From assembly GCA_031835245.2 (NCBI GenBank), contig JAVKOQ020000095.1, positions 124,001 through 179,450 on the forward strand: a DNA stretch of 55,450 nucleotides. Direction: 5' to 3'. Shown here piece by piece: positions 24,895 to 36,544 of the stretch. Position 1 is the stretch's first letter. Every line of letters begins with the position of its first letter. This DNA comes from Balamuthia mandrillaris. Lineage: Eukaryota. A program made the position numbers and the translations under genes. The notes below the pieces were generated by a model, which worked only from the letters and a program-made list of their open reading frames with translations, ran no database searches and was not told the origin of the DNA.

Positions 24895-26661
24895 ATGACA
24901 GGTTCTCTCTCTCTCCCTCTCTCTCCCCTCTTGTTAACATGAAAAAAAAAAAACTGATGAGAAAAAAAAAGACGTACTCGCGAGTTTTAGTTTTGAGGGG
25001 GAGCAAGAAGAAGAAGCCTCCGGCGAGGAGGAGTTGGAGATCGATGATACCTTGCCGGTGCTCGAGAAAATCAAACACTACATACAGAGCGAGCAAATTC
25101 TGCATCGGTTGGACTCTCTCTCCTCTCTCCTTTCGCTTGCGCTTTACTCTCCCTCTACGCTCTTCTTTTCCCATCTCTATTTATTCTCTTTTCTCTTGTC
25201 TCTTCTTCCTCGGTTCTCTTGTTCAGCTTTGTTCTCTCTTCTCTGTTCTTTCTCCTCTATTTTGTTTTTCTCCAATCGCACTTCACTCTTGTTATGTACC
25301 TTTGTGTCTCCTCTTATTTATATTTTCTTTTGAACGCTAGACTCTATCTTGTGAGAGAACTTGCGGAGTACTCGCGACTGCTGGGCTATGCCGACACGCG
25401 CGAACACTTGCTGCCTCTCTTGAGTGAGATACAACGGGACACGGAGCCCGTCATACGACAGGCTTTGGTCGAACAGATCCCTCACATTGCCAATTATTTG
25501 AAGCAGGTAATTGCTCCTCTTACTGTTTCTTTTTCTCTTTGACCTGCCCTGTTCTTCTCTCCTGCTTATGGTATCTGATAATACTACTTTTAGAATGCCA
25601 AAAATGGAGTCGCGGAAGAGGTATTCACTGTTTTACTGCCACTTGCTGCTCAGCTGGCCAAAGACCAGAACCCGCAAGTGCGCGCCTCTTCGACAGAGTC
25701 ACTGATTTTGCTGGCGCAAGACATGACACAAGAACTTCTGTCCCAATACATGTTTCCTGTTATCACAGCTCTTGCCAATGATGCCTCTCAAGAAGAGCAC
25801 CGCGTGGAAGCTGCTCAGGCATGATTTTTTTTCTTTTTTCTTTTCTCTTTTTTTTAATTGCTTAGTACCTCTTTTTTCTTTTGCTTTCTGGGAACGAATG
25901 ATTTTCCCCTTTGCTGTTCTCATTTCTCCCTCCAAGTTTGCATTTTAACATGTATGCTCTGCAGCTGCTAAACCATGTGGCTACACTCATAAGCTCGGAG
26001 CTATGCATTGAGTACGTTGTGCCATTGCTGCTCCGCCTTGCCACGGACTCATTCCGTGTTCGTAAAGTATGATACACACTCTTATTGGTTTTTTTTTTCA
26101 GGTCCTGCAGTTGTTGAGCACACCTCCTTATCCCTTTGAATCTCTCTCTCTCTCTCTCTCACACACTAGGCTGTAGCAAGCTATTTGGGCAGCATATGTC
26201 TCAATCAGAAAACTAACAAAGAGGAACTTGCTTCTAAATTGGTATCCCTCTTCCATTCTCCTTTTCTTCTAATTCTATTCCCTGATATCTATCTGATCGG
26301 CAAACTCAAATGCGAAACAAAAAGTTACCACTTTACTTGGAGATGTATAAGGATGATATATGGGGAGTACGGAAAGCTTGTGCTGAGAGTCTGGTTCCTT
26401 TCTCTCAGGTTGTTTCAGCCGAACAGCGTCTTAACCTTTTGGTGCCCGTTTTTGAGAACCTTGTTCAAGATGTACCATTTTACATTTTCTCTTCTCTTTC
26501 TATTTTATCTCTTTTTCTCTGATCGCCTTTTCCTTCTGTTTGGTTCAGACCTCTCGTTGGGTACGCAGTGCTGCCAATCAGAGCTTAGGTCGTTTCATTG
26601 CCACGTTCGACCCTTCTCAGGTTCTCTTTACTTCTCTGTTTCCCTCCTCTTCCTCCAGCCT

Positions 26662-26703
<42 letters not shown>

Positions 26704-28521
26704 TATTGGTTGTGTGTGGCTTCGCAGGTCCCTCCTTCCTTGTTACAATACTATACGGCAATGGCAAAGGCCAATCCCACTAGCAAACATGTTGATGCAG
26801 AAAACATGACCTATTGCGCCTTCGATTTTCCTGGTATGCATAAAAACATACTACACTTTACATCATCACCACAGCAAAAATACTCATAGTTCTATCAACC
26901 AGCCGTTATTTTTACGATTGGAGGAGATCGATGGGATGAAGTAAAAGACACATTTTTGGTCCTTGTCAAAGATTATCAGGTAACGTCCATTTCCCGTGAA
27001 TCCTCTTTTCTTTCTTTCTCATGTCGGTTTTTTTTTTGTTTGCAGTGGAAGGTGCGTCGGCCGCTTTCGCATTCCCTGCACGAGATTGCACGTATTGTGG
27101 GTACAGATATAACCGAACGGGATTTACTTCCCGTCTTTGAAGTTTTTTTGCGAGACATTAACGAGGTAACTTCTCCTTTCTCGCTTCCACTTTAATTCTT
27201 TATGTTTCTTCACCTTTCTGTTTAATCTCTTGCTCTTTTTGTTTTTATTTGTTTTCGCTAAACTGTTGATGATATAATTTTAAAGGTTAAGGTTGGAGTA
27301 GTTCGGCACGTCGCTGAATTCTTGCAGCTGCTTTCACCAACGTCCCGCAGCAAATACCTCCCCATCATTTGCGAAATAACCAACGAAGATGACTCCAACT
27401 GGCGGTTTCGAAGGCTTATCGCCAAGTACGTAACCAAACCTTCCCATATGTTTTTCTTAATAACTTAAATTCCAAACCAAAACAAACAAAAAAAAAAACA
27501 AAAGGCAACTTGGTGCGCTGAGTCAACTTTATTCACCTGAGTTGGTGCACGAACACTTGGCCCCTATTTCTTTGCAGATGTGCCAAGACAACGTTGCTGA
27601 TGTGCGGAAGGCTTCCAATAGCTCTGTACGTTGTCCTCTCTCTCATTATCCTCCTATTTTTTAAATGTTTAGTTATTGTTGTACGTCTTGCTCATATTTA
27701 ACACGTTTTTTCTCCAGGTGGGTCCACTTATACAGCGGTTATCAGAAAGCACAAACAAGGACCTACAGAAAGAATACCTTGATCAAATTCTGGCCTTTGC
27801 AACCGAGACTTCTTTTGTGGATCGTCAATTGTAATCTCTCTCTCACTCTCTCACTCTCACTCTCACTCTCTCTCTCTCTCTCTCTCCTCTCCCAGCATTC
27901 TCACTAACTTTAAAACCTCAAAAAAAAAGATTTGTGAACATTTGTGGCAGGTTGGTGAGTCACAGCCCGACCATCGGTGTTTTTCGTGACAAGTTCCTAC
28001 CTCGTCTTCTAACTTTGGCGGAGGACAAGGTGGCCAACGTGCGGCTCGCTGTCTCTCAGGTTCTCTTTGACATCAGCGCAAACTATCGTAAGTATTTCTT
28101 CTTCTCTCTCGCCTTTGAGTTTTAATTTAACCATTTGTTTTTATGTTAAAAAGCTCAAATATGTGATGAACAAGTAAGTCAAGTGTTGGAAAAACTAGCA
28201 CACGATAAGGACCGCGACGTTGCCTACTTTGCTGGTGGTGCTGTGGTTGAAAAAGGAAAAGCAGCGGAACAGAAAAGAACAACAACGCGAGAACAAGAAA
28301 AGGATAAAGAAAAGGAAGAAGGAACGACAAGTGCTTCTGTATTGGCCACTTTTACCGAGGAGAAAGAACAAGATACATCCGCGTTGATGGAGGATGAAGG
28401 ACAAGTGGAAGCGGAGGCAACTTCTCCTTCATCCTCCCTTGTACAGCTGCAAGAACAAGGCCCACAACAACAATTGGAAGAACAAATGGGAGAAGATAAC
28501 AACAAGAGCACAACCGGCTAA
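24895..28521 (+). CDS. PPP4R1: Ser/Thr protein phosphatase 4 regulatory subunit 1-like HEAT-repeat protein; multi-exon
   Basis: DDIWGVRKACAE, SRWVRSAANQSLGRFIATF, YCAFDFPAVIFTIG..RW, QWKVRRPLSHSLHEIARIVG, NWRFRRLIA and LAEDKVANVRLAV match PP4R1. ATG 24895 splices in frame (MTDVLASF...). Confidence 0.9.
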
Positions 28522-28579
28522 GAAGCCTTCAATAAAGAATGCTGCAAGTTTTTATCTTTACTTCGTCGTGTTTTTCAAC

Positions 28580-29145
28580 TGAGTTGCAAGCCAGGAAGGT
28601 CTCGCAGAAGGAAATCGAAGAGCGGTGCCCAGATGTTGATGCGCCACCATCCCTTGCTCTTGTTCCACTTCCAATCCAAGTGCTGAGCCTCCTGCATTTG
28701 CTGCATGGCGTTGAACAAGTTGTCTATGGGAGGTTAAGGCCATGAGAAGGAGGGTGTCGACGGCTTTTTCGCCTGTATGGGGGACTGGGAGCGTCCATCA
28801 TGGAAGAACCGCACCCGGTGGAAGAGGTACATGGCTGGGCTTGGGTAAAAGTTGAAGTTGATTGGAGGAGTGAGTCTTCAACTGTTATCATCGCGCTGGC
28901 CCCCTCAGCCACTTGGCAAAAGAGTTGCGAAGTCAACCAGGAATACTTTGAACAGGCTGCTTCCCACTCTTGCTGCAATGCGCCGATAAGGATGTTGCAG
29001 GCTCATACGATGTGTCTTTTGAATGTTACCTGCTCTTTGTGTGCCGCTTCCTCCTGGAGACGATTGTCTCTGGTTATTTCAATGGCTTTGCTACGTAAGA
29101 GCGATACATGGTCTCGCATGTGAGGTCTTGGGTCGCCTTCTAATC
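28580..29145 (-). pseudogene. Degenerate fragment of a dispersed gene family, homologous to the N-terminal part of the 48.4-49.85 kb locus
   Basis: KATQDLTCET/[1-nt gap]VSLLRSKAIEIT aligns at DNA level with KAARDFTCATNMSLLRSKVIEIT at ~48922-48991. There is an internal TGA (29003-29005) and frameshifts. It ends in KGWWRINIWAPLFDFLLRDLPGLQLS*. Confidence 0.7.
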
Positions 29146-29392
29146 CATGCCCCAATATGTCGGTTTTGAATTGTTCGTTTGTTCGTGTGTTGTATGCTTT
29201 GTTTATTTGCTGGAAGCCGTTGGTTCGTTTTATCTGTAGCGTGAAGAGGCGTTTGGCGAATTTGGCGGGAAAATGAAATTCCTCTTTATTTTTGTTCCTA
29301 TGGAAACGCTTTTGGTTTCTATGGGGACGAAAAGAAAAAAAGATAAGGCCCCTCGTACGGAGCCACAATTTTCAAGACGACATGAAAAAGGA

Positions 29393-29500
29393 GAAGACAC
29401 GACAAGAAAGAAAGAAAGAAAGAAAGAAACGACAAGAAAGAAACCACAAGAAAGAAACCACAAGAAAGAAAGAAACCACAAGAAAGAGAAAGAAAGAAAA
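29393..29500. repeat. Short purine-rich tandem repeat (AGAAAGAAACCACA)n/(GAAA)n upstream of the TFIIIC subunit ATG
   Basis: Three copies of AGAAAGAAACCACA among GAAA repeats. Confidence 0.8.
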
Positions 29501-29507
29501 GCAAAAA

Positions 29508-30053
29508 ATGACCACCGCAAAGCGAAAGAGCGCTGCTGTAGCAGAGGCGATGGAGGAGGAGGAGGAGGAAGAGGAAGAGGTGGAAGAAGAAGAGTTTTAT
29601 GTGACGTTAGAGCTGGAAGACTTTTTGGACACGAACCTCCTGCAAAGCTGCCAGCGCTACAAGCTTTTGGTAGGTTGTGTTGGAAGCACGCCCAACCCCT
29701 CCTTAAACGCGGCTATCTCTCTCTGCTGCTGTTCCTTCTTGTGACTGACTTCCTCTTTTTCTTCTCCTGGAAAGGGTCTCAACACCGAGGGGCCGCTGCT
29801 GCAAGTGGATGACATGTTCTTCCAGGGCACTTACGCTGAAACTGTGGGCACCCACCTCTATTTTGCGGACCCCACTTCCACCTCTTCCTCTTCCTCTTCC
29901 TCCACCAGCACAGCACCATTGTACACAGCCACCAAGAAGCTGATATTCCGGCGGGTTGGCCTTGAGCCCAAACCAACGCCCTCCTCCTCCTCCTCCTCGA
30001 ACAAGCAGCAGCAGCAAGAAGAAGAGGATGAAGAGAAGCACCACCAGGGCTAA
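29508..30053 (+). CDS. GTF3C6: TFIIIC subunit 6-like protein (triple-barrel domain); two exons
   Basis: An acidic run then YVTLEL...YKLL|GLNTEGPLLQVDDMFFQGTYAETVGTHLYF...TKKLIFRRV matches the TFIIIC35/Sfc7 pattern. Confidence 0.82.
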
Positions 30054-30208
30054 ACTGCACAGCCGCCTTATCCTATCCCACGCCACTCTCAAGGAGAGCA
30101 ACCACACAGATGTGGGTTGTTCAACTTTTGTACAAGACAAGGCAGCGATCAATAAGACCACAAAGAGAGCGGGAGAGAAAGGAGAGCAAGAGAAAGAGAA
30201 AGAATGAG

Positions 30209-30246
<38 letters not shown>

Positions 30247-30363
30247 GGGAGAGGGAGAGGGAGAGAGAGAGAACACAAGAAAAGCAGAAGAAGAGTTAAA
30301 AACATCTCGTTGTAATAAAACTATTGTCAGAGCAACGGTTATCGTTTCATCACACACACGGTT

Positions 30364-31308
30364 TTAAACGGTGGAGGCACCACTATCACCATCGCCGCTG
30401 CCCGTTGTAGCCGACGAGGAGGATTGTGGTGGTGAAGAGGAGGAAGAGGAGGAGGTGGAGGAAGAAGACGTTTTGTTGTGATCGCTCTCTCGTTCTTCTG
30501 TAGGTGGTCGATTACGCGGAGAGTCTTTTGCGGTTCGTTCTTTGTCTGACTTGTCCTCAGAAGAGGAGTCACGGCGGCGATGGTGGTGTCTGTGCCGTCG
30601 CTGCCGCCGGGACGACTCTTTATGCTCCCTGTAGCGTTTCTCTCTGCTGCTCTTTTTGGGTTGGTCCTCCTCCTCCTGGTCAGTGTTCTCCTCTTCAGAG
30701 GAGGAAGACGAGCGAGCAAAGAAAGAAGAGAGCTTCACGGGCTTGCTCCCCTTCTTTGCCTTCTTTCTTCCTCCTTTTTCTTCTTTGTCACTGTCGCTGT
30801 CTTCCTCCTCGCTGCTGTTGGTAGTGCTTCGCTTGCGCTTTTTCTTCTCCCTCTTTTTGTCTTTCTTCTTTGACTTTTTCTTTTCCTTTTTCTTGTCCTT
30901 GCGCTTCTCTTTCTTCCTTTGCTTCTCCTGTCGCTTCATGACGGCCTTGCGGTACTCCTCCAGCTCCGCGCGAGAGTCCTGCTCCATCTTCTTCTCCCAT
31001 TCCTCCATGAAGGCGCTGGTCTTGTCCTTCTCCGCTTTAATTTTCTTGACCTCCTCCCAGCTGGGCCGCGGCCGGTTGAGGTAGTCCCTTATGGTGGGTC
31101 CAGACGGCTGAGCGGGACCTGCTGCACGAGCGAGAACAAGTGGATTGATGTACCCCTGACAGTGGTTAGAACTGTTCTCTCCTACACTTCTATCTCTCTC
31201 TCCTCTCCTTGCCCATTTTATTTTATTTATTTATTTTTTTGGTTTGGGTTTCGAGAAGCAAGCAAGACATACCTGCGGTTTAAAGCCTCTGCCCCCTTTT
31301 TTGCCCAT
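30364..31308 (-). CDS. FAM133: FAM133-like Lys/Ser-rich nuclear protein; two exons
   Basis: MGKKGGRGFKPQ|GYINPLVLARAAGPAQPSGPTIRDYLNRPRPSWEEVK matches the FAM133 N-terminus (YMNPIAMAR..GP...GPTIQDYLNRPRPTWEEVK). Confidence 0.9.
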
Positions 31309-31347
31309 GCTGATGCTGATGCTGATGCTGATGCTGATGCTGATGCT
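31309..31347. repeat. (GCTGAT)n hexamer repeat abutting the FAM133 start codon
   Basis: On the minus strand (CAGCAT)n runs straight into the ATG. Confidence 0.9.
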
Positions 31348-31629
31348 GGTTGTGGCTGGTTGTGGTTGCTGCTACTCAATCCGAAAAAAACACACACAAA
31401 AAAAAAGCAAAGGCCCCTCCTTGCGTTGAACGTGCGAGGAGTGCGTAGCTTTTTCCCTACGCTCCTGTTTTCCTCATAGGTAATCAACCTAATAGATACG
31501 CACCAGTCGTTGTAGCGTCAGCTTGTGGACAAATGGTGCAGTTGTGGTGCTCCCCCGGGGGGACAATTTTTTACCAGGAAAATATTTGTCCGCAAAAAAA
31601 AACGTTAGCAAGGAGATAGCGTAGCGAAG

Positions 31630-32536
31630 ATGGCGAGCAAAACGACGACGACGAAGAAGAAGAAAGCGACGGAGAAAAAGCCCACTTGGTGGTGGAAGTC
31701 AGATGATGACTGGGTGGAGTACGATGCCAAGCTGTCCGCGCGACTCGAGAAAGGTGCGCGAGCCCCCTCCTCCCATCCCCTTTTTTCTAAATAATGGATA
31801 TTCCCACGTTGGATGATTGCTCTTATTTTTATTTTATTTTATTTTATTTTTTGTTGAATAGGCTATCAGAGCGGTGAGAGCGAAGTTAAAGTGGTTTGTT
31901 GTTTCCTCCTTTTTTTTGTCTCCTGGTTCTGTTGTAACGGTCCCGTTGCCCGTTATCCCTTCGCTTGCAGGATGACGAGCGGTTCGTCGATTTGGAAAAC
32001 TTTTTACAGCGCCGCTATGATGACCGCATGAAGAGGAGAGGTGTTAAACGAGTGCCTCCTCCTATTCTTGATGGTATAACGCTTCTATCAATCGTTTCTC
32101 TTTTGCTGTTTTCTTCCCTCCTCCTCCTTGCTTTCTCTTCTTTCCCCCATTATAAATCTTTTTGTGTTCATTCAATGCTGCAGAAATGGTGGTTTGGTTG
32201 ATACTGCCGGCCAAGCTGAAGAAGGAGCACGTCACCTTGATCGAAGAGCATGGCGGCCTGATAGCCTCCAACCTCAACAAGGGCGTTACCCACGTTGTCT
32301 GCCGGCAAAGAGACGTGGAAAAGCAGAAGGAGCAGCTGTTGCAGGCCAGGAAGTGGAAGTGCAAGTTGGTTGACGAGCAATACCTCAACAGCTGCACAGA
32401 GAAGTTGACTATTCTTCCCATCAACGATCACAAGTTGGTGAGTTTGCTCCTTGCTGTGGCTTTTCTCATTCTCTCCCTCCTCTCTCTCTCTCTCTCTCTC
32501 TAACATTACTTTCACAAAAAGGATTTGGGAGAAGAC

Positions 32537-32568
<32 letters not shown>

Positions 32569-33661
32569 AGAAGAGGCCGAAGCATCGTCATCCACTTCAA
32601 AGAAACGAAAAATGGACATCGTTAACGACAGTGGTGGCTCCTCTTCTAGTAGCAGCAGCACGGCTTCAACTTCGGCATCAAGCCAAGAGCCCAAACTGAA
32701 AAAAGCAAAAAGCGATGCTGCCACCAGCAGTCCTTCCCCTGCTGATATTTATTTGCAACCCTCCTGTGTCTTCTCTGGGTACGCACTTTATTTCTATTTC
32801 TTGTTCTCCTATTTTTTTTCTTTATTTACTGTAAGCAGACCTTCTCACCATCAGACCTTCTCACTATTAACAACTTGGTTTTAGTGTAACATCTCAGAAA
32901 GGCTTTGACCCATATCCCTTCATGGTATTCCTCCTCTTTTCTCTCTCTTTATCTGTCTCATTTAAGCTGATTGGCATTGTTTCATTTGACAACATTACTT
33001 AGTTGACTGTATCGGGACGGACAAACAACGAAGTAACGGGCACCGTCAACTGGCCAACCCTAAACAACACCACAACCAAGTTCCGTGGAAAGGTTGACGG
33101 CGATGAGTTCTCCTTTGAAGAATACGAACTGGTGGTAGGTGATGATGTGGAAGTTCCCAATAGCTACAAAGGCACGCTCGCTTCTGACGGTTCCATGCAT
33201 GGCACCCTCGCCGACAGCCATAACGAGCCAGGGACCTGGAATGCTAAAAACACGTTCCGTCTCGCTGCTCCAAAAGGTCTGCCTGATCTTATAATCTTCT
33301 TTCGTTGGATAATCAACCTGACTTTGTTCTTGGCAAACAGATTTCTTCCGTATTGGATCAGGTTCGCGCTTGCCAACTTGAGCAACTTGCTTTCATCTCT
33401 TTTCTTACCCTCGTATCTCGCAAACAGAGTGGAAAGGAATCTGTCATGTTCCATTTCCATTTGAATTGAGCGTCACACAGCGCAAGGGCACCAGCTTCAA
33501 AGGCACTATGAGGTGGCCCACTTTGGGAGACAGCAGAACCAAAGTGAAGGGCAGCTTTGCTGACGGCGAGATGAAGCTGGAAGAGTATAAGGTCATCAAA
33601 GGAGAAGATCAAGTTGATGGTACCTGCGATCCCTATTCTCTCTCGTACTCGTTCTTTCGTT

Positions 33662-33695
<34 letters not shown>

Positions 33696-33987
33696 GGTTC
33701 TATTCAACATTGTCCTCTTCATTGTTCGTTATCACTTCCTGTCCTCTGTCATCTTTCTTTGTTATGCTTCTTTCTATTTCTTTTTCTTTTTCTTATCATA
33801 CCCGACTAACCACACGCTCACTGTTGCTTTCTGGGGGGTTGTAGTGCCAAACTTTTTCACGGCAACAGGTGTAAAAGAGGACGACCAATCCTTCACAGGC
33901 AAGCTCACCGGAGAGAGCGCAGGAGGCGGCGACAGCGAGGGCACCTTCCAGCTTTCTCTCGTGGCACATACCACCAACCAACAATAA
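31630..33987 (+). CDS. WWE + BRCT + two tandem ~105-aa all-beta domains; multi-exon
   Basis: WWE: WWWKSDDDWVEYDAKLSARLEKGY...RFVDLENFLQRRYDDRMKRRGVKR. BRCT: LIEEHGGLIASNLNKGVTHVVC...ARKWKCKLVDEQYLNSC. An acidic linker precedes two repeats sharing PFxLxV...GTxxWPTL...TKxxG...EEY. Confidence 0.82.
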
Positions 33988-33990
33988 TCC

Positions 33991-34034
<44 letters not shown>

Positions 34035-34214
34035 TTTTCATGCTTCACAAACAACGAAACAAGGAAGAAAAGAAAGGGAAACAATATCCTGTTTTTGAGT
34101 GTGCTATAAGCATAATAACTCTCCAAAAGAAACAAAAAAAAAGAATAAGAAATATTTAAAGTAAAATAAAAAAAATAGAAAAGAAGAAGAAAGTAGAAAA
34201 GAAGAAAAGAAGAG

Positions 34215-34655
34215 ATGCACACGTTGGCGTTGGACAAGCAAGAAGCCAAAAAATTAAAGTCAGGCAAGCGGCACCTGCGCTTCTGGAAGAGAGGACAAGG
34301 TGGTGGTGGGGGTGGTGGTGGCAAAAAGGGCGGCAAAGGGGCGAGCGGAGCAGGAGGAGGCGGTCCCACTCGCCAACTGTTTCGCGCAGAGTCACGGCTG
34401 ATCGGGCTGGCGGACAAGGTCTCTGGCGTGTGGATCTGTCCCATTGAAGAGCTGCCTGTGTACAAGGACCTTCCTCGCTTGGCCAAGAGGATCACTGTCA
34501 CAGTGGAGGAGGAGCGAGAGAAAGAAAAGGAAGAGGAGGAAGAGGAGGAAGAAGAAGAGAATGACGGCACGCTGGTCTTTGATGTTTGGTACCATCCTTC
34601 CTTGCCAAAGTCTAGCGAGGACCGCTACGTGTACGTATACGTAAACCTCTTCTCT

Positions 34656-34692
<37 letters not shown>

Positions 34693-36544
34693 GTTTTTTT
34701 CCCTTCTGCTAAGGGTTGGTAACGTTACCTATGACAAAACCTCAACGGCTCAGGGCATCGACGTGGGGAGAAATGCCGCATGCGGGCACGTTGGAGGTGT
34801 GCGATGCAGAGGAGGAGGAGAAGCAGCTGCCCGAAGAGGAGAAGCTCGTCGCCAGGACAGGCAGGGAGAAAGCGGCCACTATCATTCGAGCCAAGCCCTT
34901 GGAGCGGTGGACCGAGGAGGACGTTACCACCTGGCTGCGGACCTTTTACTTTGATGAGCTGTACGGCAAGGAGTTCAAGCAGCTGGGAGTGGATGGGGCG
35001 ATGCTCGCGCAGATGAAGAGGGACGCCCAACTCGGCAAAACCGCTGAGTGGAAGAGGAAACTGGGCATGAGCGACCCCAGCCACTGGACTATCTTTGAGG
35101 GCGCTTTGCTTAGGCTCTCCAAGACGGCGGTACGAGCCTCTTTTTGTATCTCTCTTGCGCAAGTGCTCACCTTTTCCTCTCGTTCTCTCGTTCTCTTCCT
35201 CTCTTCGTTCTCTCGTTATCCTCTTTTCTGCTATAGGGATCGAGTGAACCAGAGCCTCCTAGTCACAAACAAATGAAATGGATCCGTCTTTATGATTTCG
35301 AGTCAGAAGAACTAGTGCTATCAACACCAGGAGTAATGGTATATCAAGTGATAGACAGCTCTCGTTATTTTGTTTTGCGGAGCAAAGCGGTATCTTCTCC
35401 AAAACTGAAGTATAGTCAAGGTGAGGAAGGTTATTACCCTCTAAAAGCCCTAGTTATTTATATTGCTGTATGTCAGATTGTGTGTTTTTGTTAACATGCT
35501 GTGGTGACGTTTGCTTGCAGGCATTCAGTTCATCGGTATTGCCTTCGCATTCAGAACGGACAGTGCTGCTTTCCGCAAGGCCCTAGAGGTCAAAAAGAAA
35601 GTCCCCACCATTCAAAATGATGACCTGCGAAAATCACTTGGCCGTCTTACAGGTTAGCCTACACTCTTTTGCTTGTTATTGTTGCTTTTGTTTGTTTTGT
35701 TTTCCCTTTGTTTCAGTTTTTGGTTGAGTAAGTCTACTTATTTTAAAAAACTTCAGCAAAAGAGATAGTTAAAGTTGGAGAAGGAGAAGAACAAAAGCAT
35801 CCACAGTCATGCTTCAGCATTGTTGGAGATATACTGTCTAAAATAGCGCAGCAGTTGGAATCCGAAGCGACGTATGAGCGTTTGCAAAGCAAGATCAAAG
35901 AGCTACACGGTTCCGCTCTCAACGCTGAGATGCAATATTTGGTGGCCGAGCTGATAGAAGAGGTATTGTGCGGCTGACTCAATATGAGCTCGAAAGGCAA
36001 AACTAACATTTTACCTCTACAACACATTTCCCTCTCAAACAAACAAAGGGTGTTGGCATTCATAGCAAAACAGCTGCCGTGCTGAAAGCAATACACCAAA
36101 GCATCATCTTCATTGCCGTTTATGAGATCAAGGCTCGCGTCACAGGAACCGAGTTGATGACACGTGATGTGAGTACGGCGGAAGGATGGAGGATCAGTAT
36201 TCATATCTCTCAAGATAGCGTTACTGTGACTCATTACCGGCGAGAGCAGGCACTCGGTAAGTGTTATTTAGAGCGAGAGAGAGAGAGAGAGAGAGAGAGA
36301 GCAGAGAAGAGAAGTGTTTTATTTTTTATTTTTTGGTTGACGCTTCTGTGGTGCAGCAACGGCCCCTCCCAACGAACAGTTTTGGTTTGAGTGGAAGTTG
36401 GTGATAGTGTTCGGTAGGGCTATGGAGGAAATCACAGCGGCACATCTGGACATCACGCAGTTACACTTTCAACAACCGGTCAACCCTACCTTCCAGGAAA
36501 AGGTCTCCAAACTATTGCAACAGGGCAACATGAACGTCTGCTGA
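34215..36544 (+). CDS. SAM + NECAP-type PHear-like + GlfB-C-terminal-like domain protein; multi-exon
   Basis: SAM: WTEEDVTTWLRTFYFDELYGKEFKQLGVDGAML...KLGM. PHear-like: IRLYDFESEELV...VIDSSRYFVLR...FIGIAFAFRTDSAAFRKAL. The C-terminal KTAAVLKAIHQSII...GWRISIHI...VTHYRREQ...FWFEWKL resembles the amoebozoan GlfB C-terminal domain. Confidence 0.72.

Noticed and set aside
26242..26322. U12-type intron (donor GTATCCCTC)
   Set aside because: The donor departs from RTATCCTTT and no TCCTTAAC branch site is visible.
29393..29500. CRISPR-like direct repeats
   Set aside because: This is a low-complexity tandem repeat with no unique spacers and no cas genes, in a eukaryotic context.
3189..33987. PARP gene and WWE-BRCT gene as one linked system
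   Set aside because: They are 25 kb apart with unrelated housekeeping genes between them. The PARP is predicted mono-ART, whereas WWE typically reads poly-ADP-ribose.
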